The translations under genes and the position numbers were made by a program. Of a stretch of 64,000 nt of DNA, positions 9,790 to 18,413 are shown piece by piece (position 1 is the stretch's first letter; every line of letters starts with the position of its first letter). The stretch is from a virus. The stretch covers positions 729-64,728 of the IMG/VR virus record IMGVR_UViG_3300029585_000107; one strand, given 5' to 3'. A model generated the notes under the pieces. That model made no database searches. It was given only the letters and a program-made list of their open reading frames with translations, and was not told the origin of the DNA.

Positions 9790-10449
9790 ATGAAGAACCG
9801 ATCTCCATTGGCGAATTGGAGCCCAGCGAAGCGCAAGCGCAGGGCCACGACCCCCTGGGGCCTCATGTTCCACACCAGCGGAAGGGGCATCGTTAAGCGG
9901 GCGGAGCGCGAGAGCGTCCCACCGATCGTAATGGCCCTCGCTTGGTATCGGCGAAAGAGCGGCGTCCACTACGTAATCGGCTACGACGGGACCATCTACC
10001 AGATGCTCGAGGACGATCGCCGCGGCGCCCATGTCGGCGTCTCCTTGCTCGATCGCGCTAGCTATCTGAGCGGACGCTGGCTTCGGTCAAAGAAGATTCA
10101 AAGCCGCGTCGTGGCGCTTTGGAGGAAGCGATGGAGCGGGTACAAAAGCCCGCAACACCTCTACCCCACGAGGAGCCCAAACTCTTGCTACATCGGGGTC
10201 GAGATGATTCCCCTGCCACACCTGAGCGACGACAACCTCTGGTTCACCGAAGAGCAGCACGTTGCCGCAGCCGCCCTCGCCCGAGACATCGCAAGGCGCC
10301 ACGGATGGCCCGAGAACTGGATGAACACCCCACGCCTCGTCGGGCATGAGGATATCTCCCCGCTCACCAGGTGGGACCGGAACGGAGGATGGGACCCCGG
10401 AGCGCTAAGGACCACTCCGAGGTTCTCTTGGGCTAAGATCACTCGTTGA
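9790..10449 (+). CDS. Endolysin, N-acetylmuramoyl-L-alanine amidase (Amidase_2-like)
   Basis: LMFHTSG, HYVIGYDGTIYQ, GAHVG, NSCYIGVEM and LVGHEDI Zn-amidase motifs. Start placed at ATG 9790. Confidence 0.88.
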   Translation: MKNRSPLANWSPAKRKRRATTPWGLMFHTSGRGIVKRAERESVPPIVMALAWYRRKSGVHYVIGYDGTIYQMLEDDRRGAHVGVSLLDRASYLSGRWLRSKKIQSRVVALWRKRWSGYKSPQHLYPTRSPNSCYIGVEMIPLPHLSDDNLWFTEEQHVAAAALARDIARRHGWPENWMNTPRLVGHEDISPLTRWDRNGGWDPGALRTTPRFSWAKITR

Positions 10450-10915
10450 GCTTGGCAGCCTTCAGGCGCGCTCTTCGCTCCCTGTTGGCGATTCGGGAGC
10501 ACTCGCGACATTGCCGCTTCCCGCTCTTCCGCACGTAGGCGTCTGCAAGCGAGTGCCCCCATTTGCAGTGGGTCTGCTTGAGTGCGGCGATCGAACGAAC
10601 GAGAGGGTTGCTACCCCTCTTGCACGCCTCGGACCTCGTAATCAGCTCCAGGTGCGAAGGCTCGCAGCACCTTGCCACACGGCATGTCTGCCCGACGACC
10701 ATGTCGAGAGGGATGCCGCCGAAGGCGAGCTCGTACGCAACCCTGTGAGCTTGACGAACCACGTCTCTGGACACGCCGAACTGCCCGTGCCCAGACGCCG
10801 CTCTCTGCCTTCCGCTCCAAAGAAGGCATTCGCCCGACCGAAGGAGCTTGGCGTCGAAGCGAGCGATTTCGGAGGCCGAGTACAGGCCATCGGGGTTCTC
10901 CCAGCTCGGGATCAT
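10439..10915 (-). CDS. HNH homing-endonuclease-like protein with degenerate active site and C-terminal Zn module
   Basis: CLLW...AHRVAYELAFGGIP..TCRVARCCEPSHLELIT, then THCKWGH..RQCREC. Start set by the ATGA overlap at 10912-10915. Confidence 0.75.
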   Translation of the reverse strand: MIPSWENPDGLYSASEIARFDAKLLRSGECLLWSGRQRAASGHGQFGVSRDVVRQAHRVAYELAFGGIPLDMVVGQTCRVARCCEPSHLELITRSEACKRGSNPLVRSIAALKQTHCKWGHSLADAYVRKSGKRQCRECSRIANRERRARLKAAKLNE

Positions 10916-11388
10916 GATTCCACCCTGAAGAGCGGGATGCAGTTGACCACGCGAGAGGGCACAACCTTCTCGGTGCGAAACTCCTCGTCGTGCGAAGCAT
11001 CGTTGCACGCCACCAGGTACCCATCCCGTTCGAGCTCACGGCGAACACGAGACAGCAGGGAGTTGCACACGCCCAAGGCGTCCGACAGCACTTGCACGTT
11101 CAGACATCCGTTTCCGATGGCTCCACCGACGCCCTGAAGCTGCGTCTCCCTCGTATCTCCGTTCTCGAACATGAGCACGAAGGCGTACCCGACGATCGCC
11201 TCCCCGGTAACATCCAGGAGAAGATCCTCGCACTGCGGCACGGGCGGGTTGCCGTCGTCGATGTCCCACGAGACGAGCAAGACGTTGCTGCTCACGCGGC
11301 CGACAACGGAGCCACGCATCACTCGGTAAGCACCGACTATCGAGGCGTCGGCGTCGATCCTTTTCACACGAGCGCCTACAGCGATCAC
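10912..11388 (-). CDS. Hypothetical protein
   Basis: GTG start overlaps the ATPase stop; GGAGG upstream. Confidence 0.55.
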   Translation of the reverse strand: MIAVGARVKRIDADASIVGAYRVMRGSVVGRVSSNVLLVSWDIDDGNPPVPQCEDLLLDVTGEAIVGYAFVLMFENGDTRETQLQGVGGAIGNGCLNVQVLSDALGVCNSLLSRVRRELERDGYLVACNDASHDEEFRTEKVVPSRVVNCIPLFRVES

Positions 11389-12671
11389 GACACTACCTCC
11401 CCGTCGCGCATGATGATGGCCCCCTTGTCGTTTTCGCCGACCCTCTCGACCCAGATTCGAAGGCCGGAGTCGATTGCATACTGGCGGACGAGCTCCAGCG
11501 AATTCTCGTCGAGGAGCGCGCCGTCTTCTACCCATACATCGCAAAGCTCTGGACTCAGAGCCCAAGCGATCGCGATAGATGCGCGAAGGCGCTCTGCACC
11601 GGAGGCTTGCCCGAAAGGCGAGCCGTTGAGGATGAGGCCGTCGTCCCCAAAGGAAAGGCCCTCAATCGGCATGTCGGCAGCGGCAAGCGCCTGGACTCTG
11701 AGCTCCTTCTCGGTCTCGATCTTGTCGGTGAGCTTGGCGACCTTCATGCGAAGCCCGTCCAGCTCCTCTTCCAGAGCCTCAGCCTGCTCCTTCTCAGCTG
11801 TAAGCCGGACGACCTCGGCATTGTGGTCCGAGCAACGGACAAGCTCCTCGCGAGCCCTCTCAAGCCCCTCAGGGTTCGGCGCGGGGATGGACTCTAGAGC
11901 CTCCACCTCGGCCTCAAGCTCTGGGATCTTTTCGGCGGCCTCCTGCTTGGCAGCCTTCAGAGCTTCCCGGGCGGCCACGAAAGCCTCCTTGGCATCCTCA
12001 ACCGACTGCTTCAGCTTGTGGATTCTACCCACGCGAGAGGCGATCTTTGCCCCCGCCTCGGAGTGGGCCCGCTCTTGGTTCTGCAGGTCTTCCAAGTCCT
12101 TCAGAAGGGAAGTTTGGTCTTTCATCTCCGGGACGGGCTTCTCCGAGAAGTAGGAGAGTTTCGCCTCGAGCCTCTTGATGTCGCGATTCACGTCGCGCCG
12201 CTCATCGTAGGCCGCCCTCTCCGCTACCACGGATGCGTCAAAATCGAGGTCCAGGTCGACGCACCCCATGAGGACCTTTCTCTGCTCGGCGCCGGACAGT
12301 CGCGAGAACTTCATTGGGTCTATGAAGCGCTTTCCGACGAGCGCATCGAGCATCTTCTGGGGCGAGGACACCTTGCCGTCCGCGTTGGTGACCTCAAGGG
12401 TGCTGCCTTTGGCAGTGAAACGGCGCCGCACGATGAGCTCTCCGTCGTCAAACACCACCCGTATGGATGCCTTCTTGGCGCCATGCCGAATTGGGTCTTC
12501 GGGGAGCTCGCGACCGCCACCGATCGCCGCGGACATTGCCCCGAGGAGGGAGGACTTGCCCTCTGTGTTGTTTCCCCCGATGAGCATGAGGGAGGACTTG
12601 CCCGGCTCGATTATCACCGAGCGAAGCTTCTTGTAGTCGTTGATCTCTAGAGAAGTGATTTTCTTTGCCAT
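11385..12671 (-). CDS. SMC/Rad50-like AAA ATPase with coiled coil
   Basis: Walker A GGNNTEGKSS, central coiled coil, ABC signature ASGAERLR, Walker B VWVEDG. Confidence 0.85.
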   Translation of the reverse strand: MAKKITSLEINDYKKLRSVIIEPGKSSLMLIGGNNTEGKSSLLGAMSAAIGGGRELPEDPIRHGAKKASIRVVFDDGELIVRRRFTAKGSTLEVTNADGKVSSPQKMLDALVGKRFIDPMKFSRLSGAEQRKVLMGCVDLDLDFDASVVAERAAYDERRDVNRDIKRLEAKLSYFSEKPVPEMKDQTSLLKDLEDLQNQERAHSEAGAKIASRVGRIHKLKQSVEDAKEAFVAAREALKAAKQEAAEKIPELEAEVEALESIPAPNPEGLERAREELVRCSDHNAEVVRLTAEKEQAEALEEELDGLRMKVAKLTDKIETEKELRVQALAAADMPIEGLSFGDDGLILNGSPFGQASGAERLRASIAIAWALSPELCDVWVEDGALLDENSLELVRQYAIDSGLRIWVERVGENDKGAIIMRDGEVVS

Positions 12672-12684
12672 TGGAGTGTCTTTC

Positions 12685-12873
12685 TCACTTGTTGAATTCG
12701 GACCAAGAGACGATCTGCATCTTGGTCATGTTGCTGGGTTCGTCCAAGAGGATCAGCGTCGAGCCTTCAGACGGGTGACTGTACGGAGCGACCGAGGGGC
12801 GAGGCCGCCTAGGGCTTCGTTCTCGGAACTCCGACATGGCCTTCTCGGTGAGCCATGGCGCGATGCTGCTCAT
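12685..12873 (-). CDS. Small hypothetical protein
   Basis: ATGA-coupled to the GroES-like gene; fills the gap. Confidence 0.4.
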   Translation of the reverse strand: MSSIAPWLTEKAMSEFRERSPRRPRPSVAPYSHPSEGSTLILLDEPSNMTKMQIVSWSEFNK

Positions 12874-13259
12874 CGAGACATCGCCTCGACGTTTGCATCC
12901 TTCGAGAGGAGGAGAGCCGCGTCCTCACCTTCGAGCACGTGGTAGAGGCGCCCTTCCCACTCGAACGGCTCTCCTGCCCACGAGACCTGGAAGAAGACGC
13001 GATCGCCGACTTCGAACGACGGAGGGGACATGTACTCGCGAGGTGCCCCCACTCCGTCATGATGCGCAGCGTTGCGCGGCGACGAGTAGAAGTCCTTGTC
13101 GATTGCCACGACCTTGCCTACTCGGTCGCGCCCCTCACCTATTTTTTCAGCCCTCTTCGAGTCCAGGCGGACTACGAGACCGGACTCCGATTCAACTTCT
13201 TTCGTCTCTTCGATTTCGATGATGATGCGGCCGAGGATCGGCCGAATTGGGAATGGCAT
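12870..13259 (-). CDS. groES: GroES/Cpn10-like co-chaperonin
   Basis: IRPILGRIII..ETKEVESESGLV..GKVVAI..FEVGDRVFF..WEGRLYHVLEGEDAALL follows the Cpn10 pattern. Confidence 0.8.
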   Translation of the reverse strand: MPFPIRPILGRIIIEIEETKEVESESGLVVRLDSKRAEKIGEGRDRVGKVVAIDKDFYSSPRNAAHHDGVGAPREYMSPPSFEVGDRVFFQVSWAGEPFEWEGRLYHVLEGEDAALLLSKDANVEAMSR

Positions 13260-13464
13260 TGCGATATTCTTTCTGTGTTAGAGTGTTGGCGCTTCTGTCG
13301 CCATTGGAGCACCTCTGGAGGCCCGGACGATGCTCACGCAATCCGGGCCTCCACTTTTTCGGTGAAAAAAGGAGCGGCAGGGAGCCTACTTGGGCACTGC
13401 CCCTCTCGGGGCGGGCTGTTGACACCGTGAAGAAGACCGAGAGTCTCCCCACCGCTCACTAAAA

Positions 13465-13617
13465 CTACTCGGACTCGTCGTCCGACTTTGGGCGCTCTTC
13501 TTCTCCGCGTCGAAAGCGGAGCTCGCGCTCGTGGTCAAATTTCCAGCATGACGGACCCATCTGGACCATCGGGACCGAGCCCGACATCACATGCTTTGGT
13601 TTGAACTTCTCAGCCAC
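13465..13617 (-). CDS. Small hypothetical protein
   Basis: GTG start overlaps the upstream stop at 13610. Confidence 0.35.
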   Translation of the reverse strand: MAEKFKPKHVMSGSVPMVQMGPSCWKFDHERELRFRRGEEERPKSDDESE

Positions 13618-14179
13618 GTTCCACCCCCTCTTTAGCACACCCCTCCGGCAGAGCGCACCCAAAGTGCTCTGCGAGGTACTCGCACTCAGCAAAAAACGAC
13701 CCCTGGCACGGGCACCACGCCAGGTACGTATCGCCCTCCACGAAGGCGAAGATCTGCCGGAGGCCAGGGTTGACCCAGTAGCCAAAGTGGGAGAAGTCGC
13801 TCTTGGTGTTCAGAGCCGCCCACCCCTTGGAGTACAGGCCGGGACCGTTCTGCCAGTGAGAAACATCTCGCCCCTCCCCTGGGCTCACGAAGCCGATGAC
13901 TACCTTCGCCCCGCTCTCCTCTTCGTACGTGCCCCGCTGTTCACCGATGTAGACGCCGAGGCGCCGGTTCATCCCCCAGTACGCCTCCAGCTCCGCTTCG
14001 AGCCGCTCGCGCTCCATGCCGAACGTCTCTTCCTCGTCGGCCCGACGCCGCGCGCAGAACTTCGCGAAAGCCACCAAGGCAGCCCAAGCGGGATCATGGT
14101 AGGTCTCTCCCTCGTTCACCGCCCTGGTGAACAGGGCCTGGCGAAACTCGTCGTTATCCATGATCTCGACAGACACTAG
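13610..14179 (-). CDS. Hypothetical protein
   Basis: GTGA coupling to the helicase stop. Confidence 0.55.
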   Translation of the reverse strand, partial: LVSVEIMDNDEFRQALFTRAVNEGETYHDPAWAALVAFAKFCARRRADEEETFGMERERLEAELEAYWGMNRRLGVYIGEQRGTYEEESGAKVVIGFVSPGEGRDVSHWQNGPGLYSKGWAALNTKSDFSHFGYWVNPGLRQIFAFVEGDTYLAWCPCQGSFFAECEYLAEHFGCALPEGCAKEGVERG

Positions 14180-15687
14180 AGTTTGCCCTCCACCCAAACG
14201 AGCTCGGACTTGGCCCGGGTCACGGCGACGTACTCAATGTTCGCCTCCTCCGACTTGTTGCACCACGGCGGGCAGTCTTTTCGCTTGGAGAAGAATGTGT
14301 CCTCCAGGAGCCATACGCGGTCTGCCTCCAGCCCCTTCGACTTGTGCACGGAGGAGAGGATCACGCGGTTCCCCTTGCCCTTCGTGTCCGCAAAGAGGTC
14401 GTCTATGCGAGCGAGTAGCTCGCTGCCGGAAGCAAGACCATCTGAGAGGTAGACGAGCGTTTCGTGCTGGTCGAGGAGCTTTGCGATCGTCGCCTCCCCC
14501 TTCTCCCCACGAAGCTGCGCCTTCTTCACGGCTTCGTCGAGCCAGACATCCAGCCTGGCCAGGAATTTCTTGAACGATGACCTCGCCGGCCCGTTGTTCA
14601 GCTTCTTCACCACAGCGGCGAGGCCGCGGCCGACGTCGCGACCTTCGATGTTTGCGCGCTTCCCATCCCGGAGGAGCTTCAGACAGACCGACACAAGCGG
14701 CGCGTTCGTCCGAGACAGGATGAAGTCCTTTGGCTTCACACCTTCGAGGCAAAGGCCGATGTTTGTCTTGCGCACAATCCCCTGCGGGTTTGACGAGTGG
14801 GCGACAAAGTCGGGTACGAGCCTCTTCGCCTCTTGAACGATCTTGCTGCCACACCGATACGTCGTATTTAGCCCCATCTCCTGCGCTTTGAGAGCCTTCA
14901 GGAGGCGGTCGATCGACCCCGAGTCGGCGCCGCGGAAGCCGTAGATGGCCTGCCGATCGTCGCCGACGACGCAGATACGACCGCTGGCGCGCTTGACCAA
15001 CATTGCCAGCTCAATCTGTGAAGCGTTCATGTCTTGGGCCTCGTCAATCACCACGAGGTCGAAGCGTGGGCGAGCCCATCCGTTGCGGACGGGGAGCCAC
15101 ACCATGTCATCAAAATCCACGGTCCCGTCGCGGTACGAGGCGCCGATCCAGAGCATCTGGACCGCGGCAGAGGCTAGGTACTCCACCGTGTACCCATCCT
15201 CTTCCCAGTCTTCGTCCATGTTGATGCCGAAGCGGTCGGCGATGGCGACGGCCCTGCGGATGTCCTTGGGCTCCGGCGTAGCCATAGGGAGGATCGCCTT
15301 GAGCTTTGATGCGAGCTTACACACTTCCGCCCGGACGTCGTCCGGCGCCCCGGGGCACGCCTTTTCCGAGATTGCCCACGAACGCTTGTTTGCCGAATCG
15401 ATTCGGACCCCATTCCAGTGCGAGCGAACGAACCCGTAGCCGAGCGAGTGCAGTGTCTTTGCCTCCGCGCCAACAGGCAGTCGCTCATTGAGCTCCTCCG
15501 CGATCTTCTTGTTGAATGCAGCGAGAAGGACCTTCCCCGTCTCGACGCCGAGGTACCTGCCAACTGCTTCGACGATTGTTGTCGTCTTCCCTGTCCCCGC
15601 TCGTGCGCGGACTACAAGGTTTCCATCACCGGAGATGAACCACGAGAAAATCGAGTTCTGCTGCTCCGACCATTTTTTGTCACCCAT
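14176..15687 (-). CDS. SF1 (UvrD/Rep-like) DNA helicase
   Basis: Motifs ARAGTGKT, VIDEAQD, VGDDRQAIYGFRGA, TYRC, VHKSKGLE, YVAVTRAK. Confidence 0.93.
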   Translation of the reverse strand: MGDKKWSEQQNSIFSWFISGDGNLVVRARAGTGKTTTIVEAVGRYLGVETGKVLLAAFNKKIAEELNERLPVGAEAKTLHSLGYGFVRSHWNGVRIDSANKRSWAISEKACPGAPDDVRAEVCKLASKLKAILPMATPEPKDIRRAVAIADRFGINMDEDWEEDGYTVEYLASAAVQMLWIGASYRDGTVDFDDMVWLPVRNGWARPRFDLVVIDEAQDMNASQIELAMLVKRASGRICVVGDDRQAIYGFRGADSGSIDRLLKALKAQEMGLNTTYRCGSKIVQEAKRLVPDFVAHSSNPQGIVRKTNIGLCLEGVKPKDFILSRTNAPLVSVCLKLLRDGKRANIEGRDVGRGLAAVVKKLNNGPARSSFKKFLARLDVWLDEAVKKAQLRGEKGEATIAKLLDQHETLVYLSDGLASGSELLARIDDLFADTKGKGNRVILSSVHKSKGLEADRVWLLEDTFFSKRKDCPPWCNKSEEANIEYVAVTRAKSELVWVEGKL

Positions 15688-15735
15688 ACCAGCCTTCTTC
15701 CTGCCCCCCAGGGGCGATGTGTCAACAGAGCTAAG
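15685..15735 (-). promoter_or_regulatory. Leftward cassette, copy A (CTTAG..TGTTGACA..GC hairpin..purine RBS..ATG)
   Basis: Plus strand: TGTCAAC 15720-15726, CTAAG 15731-15735, hairpin GCCCC-cca-GGGGC 15703-15715. Confidence 0.6.
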
Positions 15736-15913
15736 AGATTAGCGTGTCCCCGAGGCGCCTCACCAGCGCCCGATAGTCCTTCTCGGGGAGCATCCCCCGG
15801 AGAGCCTCGCAGGCGAGAAAACCCTCAACCGGAGTCCGAATCTCGCGGATCGCATCGATGACCGAGTTGCGGTTGCCGTTGATCCAGTTTGTGGCCATTT
15901 CAGACGGGCTCAT
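15731..15913 (-). CDS. Small hypothetical protein
   Basis: Member of a chain of translationally coupled ORFs. Confidence 0.5.
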   Translation of the reverse strand: MSPSEMATNWINGNRNSVIDAIREIRTPVEGFLACEALRGMLPEKDYRALVRRLGDTLIS

Positions 15914-16128
15914 GAGTTCATCCCATGGACAACGATTTCCAAAAGACGAGCCTCCACGAGGCTCCTGGTTTGCTTGCAGCGCCTTAGCGCCATCGAGAGG
16001 ATTGCCTTCTTCCCGATGCCAACGGCCTCCGACTGCTCAAGCATCAGAGCCCATTCCCCCGCGGCAAGGCGGGAGTTGAGCTTTACGAGCTGGTGGAAGC
16101 GACGAATTGTTCTGTAGCGACCGATCAA
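15910..16128 (-). CDS. Small hypothetical protein
   Basis: 4-nt overlaps on both sides. Confidence 0.5.
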   Translation of the reverse strand: MIGRYRTIRRFHQLVKLNSRLAAGEWALMLEQSEAVGIGKKAILSMALRRCKQTRSLVEARLLEIVVHGMNS

Positions 16129-16325
16129 AGCTCTACTCCCCTTCTCCTTGCGATCATCGCGAGGGACTCGCAGATCGCACCCTCCATTGATTTAGATGCG
16201 TGATGAAGGCTTCCGCCGTTCCATGACATGAAGACGGACCACCTTCCGGCGCCCGGAAGGCGAGAACACGAGATCCCAGTTACGCCCAGCTTGCCAACCA
16301 TCGATTCAAACTTCTCGAAGTCCAC
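16125..16325 (-). CDS. Small hypothetical protein
   Basis: Coupled chain. Confidence 0.5.
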   Translation of the reverse strand: MDFEKFESMVGKLGVTGISCSRLPGAGRWSVFMSWNGGSLHHASKSMEGAICESLAMIARRRGVEL

Positions 16326-16553
16326 TTACGCCTCCTCGAACCGTAGGAGGCCGATGAACAAGGACTCGTAGTCCGGGCTTACGACGTCGATCGCCATTAC
16401 GCCGCGGTCCAGGGACCGAACCCAGATGTTTCCATCATCGTCCACGGCGATCTTGGCGCCAGGAGCCGCCCCCGCGAAGGCCTTGTAGCCTTCATCATCC
16501 AGAGGCTCCCACGAGAGCCCAAAGACGGCTTCATAAACCTCTTCGTGGCTCAC
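16326..16553 (-). CDS. Small hypothetical protein
   Basis: Coupled chain; GGAGG upstream. Confidence 0.55.
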   Translation of the reverse strand: MSHEEVYEAVFGLSWEPLDDEGYKAFAGAAPGAKIAVDDDGNIWVRSLDRGVMAIDVVSPDYESLFIGLLRFEEA

Positions 16554-16969
16554 TGGTTCGCCTCCAGTTCGCGCTTGGCGCGCTTAGCGGCAGCTTCTTT
16601 CTTGCTGCGGCGAGAAAGCTGCTCACGGGTTAGCGGGCGAAGCTTAGCTAGAAAGCGGTGGGACTCCACGGAGTTTGCGTGGAACGCGTACGTCAAACCG
16701 TACTTGGTGTTGCCGCCGGCGATGTAGTCGTTGTGAATCTTGCCGCCGGCGATGTAGTCGTTGTGAATCTTGGCAGCGTCCATGTGGTCCTCGCGGGTCC
16801 AGGTAGAGAAGTGCGCGCCGGCGATCTGAGCATCGACGTCGGTCCCTTCGGTGTCCCGGATGTAGGGGCCGAGGATGCCGTAGACGAGGCAGCCATTGCG
16901 TGTGCGGCCGATTACTTCGCCATTGCGAACCGGGCCATACTGGGGTGCTTTGTCTTCTTTGTTAGCCAT
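16550..16969 (-). CDS. Hypothetical protein containing a 10-aa tandem duplication
   Basis: First gene after cassette copy B; KIHNDYIAGG occurs twice. Confidence 0.6.
   Translation of the reverse strand: MANKEDKAPQYGPVRNGEVIGRTRNGCLVYGILGPYIRDTEGTDVDAQIAGAHFSTWTREDHMDAAKIHNDYIAGGKIHNDYIAGGNTKYGLTYAFHANSVESHRFLAKLRPLTREQLSRRSKKEAAAKRAKRELEANQ
16710..16769. repeat. Perfect 30-bp tandem duplication
   Basis: ttgccgccggcgatgtagtcgttgtgaatc at 16710-16739 and 16740-16769. Confidence 0.95.
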
Positions 16970-17031
16970 ATCAGTCTTCTTTCCAGCCCCCCCGTTCGAG
17001 GAGCCAAGGTGTCAACAGGTTCTAAGCTAAG
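16967..17031 (-). promoter_or_regulatory. Leftward cassette, copy B
   Basis: Plus strand TGTCAAC 17010-17016, CTAAG 17022-17026 and 17027-17031; minus-strand GGAAAGAAGA before the ATG. Confidence 0.6.
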
Positions 17032-17096
17032 TGGAATTGAACTGCCACGCAAGTTAAAACGGTAGAAAAGGCAAAAAAAAAGAGCTAGGGTGCAGC

Positions 17097-17741
17097 ATGG
17101 CAAAGAAACCAGCGCCCAAACTGTCGATTCAATACATGCCGATTAGCGAGCTCGTTTCGGCGAAACGGAACCCAAAGCGACACCGCCTTGACGAGATATC
17201 CGGCTCGATAGAGCGCCATGGCTACACACGGCCACTCCTCATCAACGAGAAGACGGGACGACTTGTCGCAGGGCACGGCCGACTGAAGGCCCTGTGCAAG
17301 ATGCGCGACGAGGGAAGGCCGGCGCCGAGGAGAATCAGGGTCGACGGCGACGAGTGGCTAGTTCCAGTTGTCCGAGGCGTCACGTTCAAGAGCGAGAAGG
17401 AAGCCGAGGCTTACCTGCTCGCCGACAACCGAGTCGGTGAGCTTGGAGGCTACGACGACAGCGCGTTGCAAGCGATGCTCGCAGAGATCGACAGCCTGGA
17501 CGGGACCGGCTTCGACGAGGGCTTCTTCGAAGATCTCACTTACAAGCTGGAGAGCAAGGAAGGCCCCAAAGAGCCGGAGCCATCGTTCATGGACGGGCAG
17601 CTCAAGCAACTCATCTGCCTCTTCAGTACCGAGGAGTACGACGAGGTCACAGATCGTATGGAGGCTGTCGCCGAGGCCGAGGGGCTCGAGACCAACACCG
17701 CTGTGCTTCTGCATTTGCTAGACACCTACGCCGCGGGCTAG
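17097..17741 (+). CDS. ParB/Srx-like N-terminal domain protein 1
   Basis: RNPKRH, GYTRPLLINEKTGRLVAGHGRLKAL and AYLLADNR. Confidence 0.85.
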   Translation: MAKKPAPKLSIQYMPISELVSAKRNPKRHRLDEISGSIERHGYTRPLLINEKTGRLVAGHGRLKALCKMRDEGRPAPRRIRVDGDEWLVPVVRGVTFKSEKEAEAYLLADNRVGELGGYDDSALQAMLAEIDSLDGTGFDEGFFEDLTYKLESKEGPKEPEPSFMDGQLKQLICLFSTEEYDEVTDRMEAVAEAEGLETNTAVLLHLLDTYAAG

Positions 17742-17750
17742 TCTCAGGGC

Positions 17751-18413
17751 ATGGCAAAGGCAAAGGCGCCGACCGAGGCGACGATCGAATACATGCCCCT
17801 TGAGACGTTGGTGGCGGCGAAGCGGAACCCGAAGCGGCACAACATGGCTGCCATCAGCGATGCTATCGACCGGCATGGCTACGTTCGCCCGGTAATGCTC
17901 AACGAGAAGACTGGGCGCCTTGTCGCCGGCCACGGGCGAGTCTCCGCGCTTCGAGAGATGAAGCTTAGCGGCAGCAAGCCACCGGCGCGCGTCGAGCTCA
18001 ACGGCGACGGCGATTGGCTCATCCCCGTGGTTCGCGGCATCAGCTTCAAGACCGAGGCGGAGGCGGAGGCCTACCTCCTGGCGGACAACCGTGTTGGCGA
18101 GCTTGGAGGGTATGACGAGGACGAACTCCGTCGAATCCTGAACGACACCGACGAGATTTCGGGCACGGGGTTCACGGAGGAGTTTCGCGACCGACTCGAC
18201 GCGAAGCTCAGCGGCGAAGGTGGGCGAGCCAAGAACCCCGAGGAGCTCTACTCCGGGTTCGTGAACGCGAGCATTAAGCAGCTCGTCTTTCTCTTCAAAG
18301 CGGCGGAGATGGAACATGTCACGAAAAAACTCGACACCATTGCGTCTGAACACGAGCTGGAGTCGCACGGAGACGTGCTCGTACATCTCCTCGATTCCTA
18401 CGAGAACAGTTAG
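17751..18413 (+). CDS. ParB/Srx-like N-terminal domain protein 2 (paralogue of 17097)
   Basis: Same motifs, including an identical EAEAYLLADNRVGELGGYD block. Confidence 0.85.
   Translation: MAKAKAPTEATIEYMPLETLVAAKRNPKRHNMAAISDAIDRHGYVRPVMLNEKTGRLVAGHGRVSALREMKLSGSKPPARVELNGDGDWLIPVVRGISFKTEAEAEAYLLADNRVGELGGYDEDELRRILNDTDEISGTGFTEEFRDRLDAKLSGEGGRAKNPEELYSGFVNASIKQLVFLFKAAEMEHVTKKLDTIASEHELESHGDVLVHLLDSYENS

Noticed and set aside
11385-12671. SbcCD/Mre11-Rad50 or Wadjet-type complex
   Set aside because: No phosphoesterase, kleisin or nuclease partner recognised; lone SMC-like ATPases are common near RecET modules.
17073-17081. A9 homopolymer as a phase-variation tract
   Set aside because: Intergenic single occurrence between divergent promoters; more simply an A-tract or UP-like element.
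17097-18413. ParABS plasmid-prophage partition system
   Set aside because: No ParA ATPase, no C-terminal HTH of partition ParB recognised, and the context is DNA modification.
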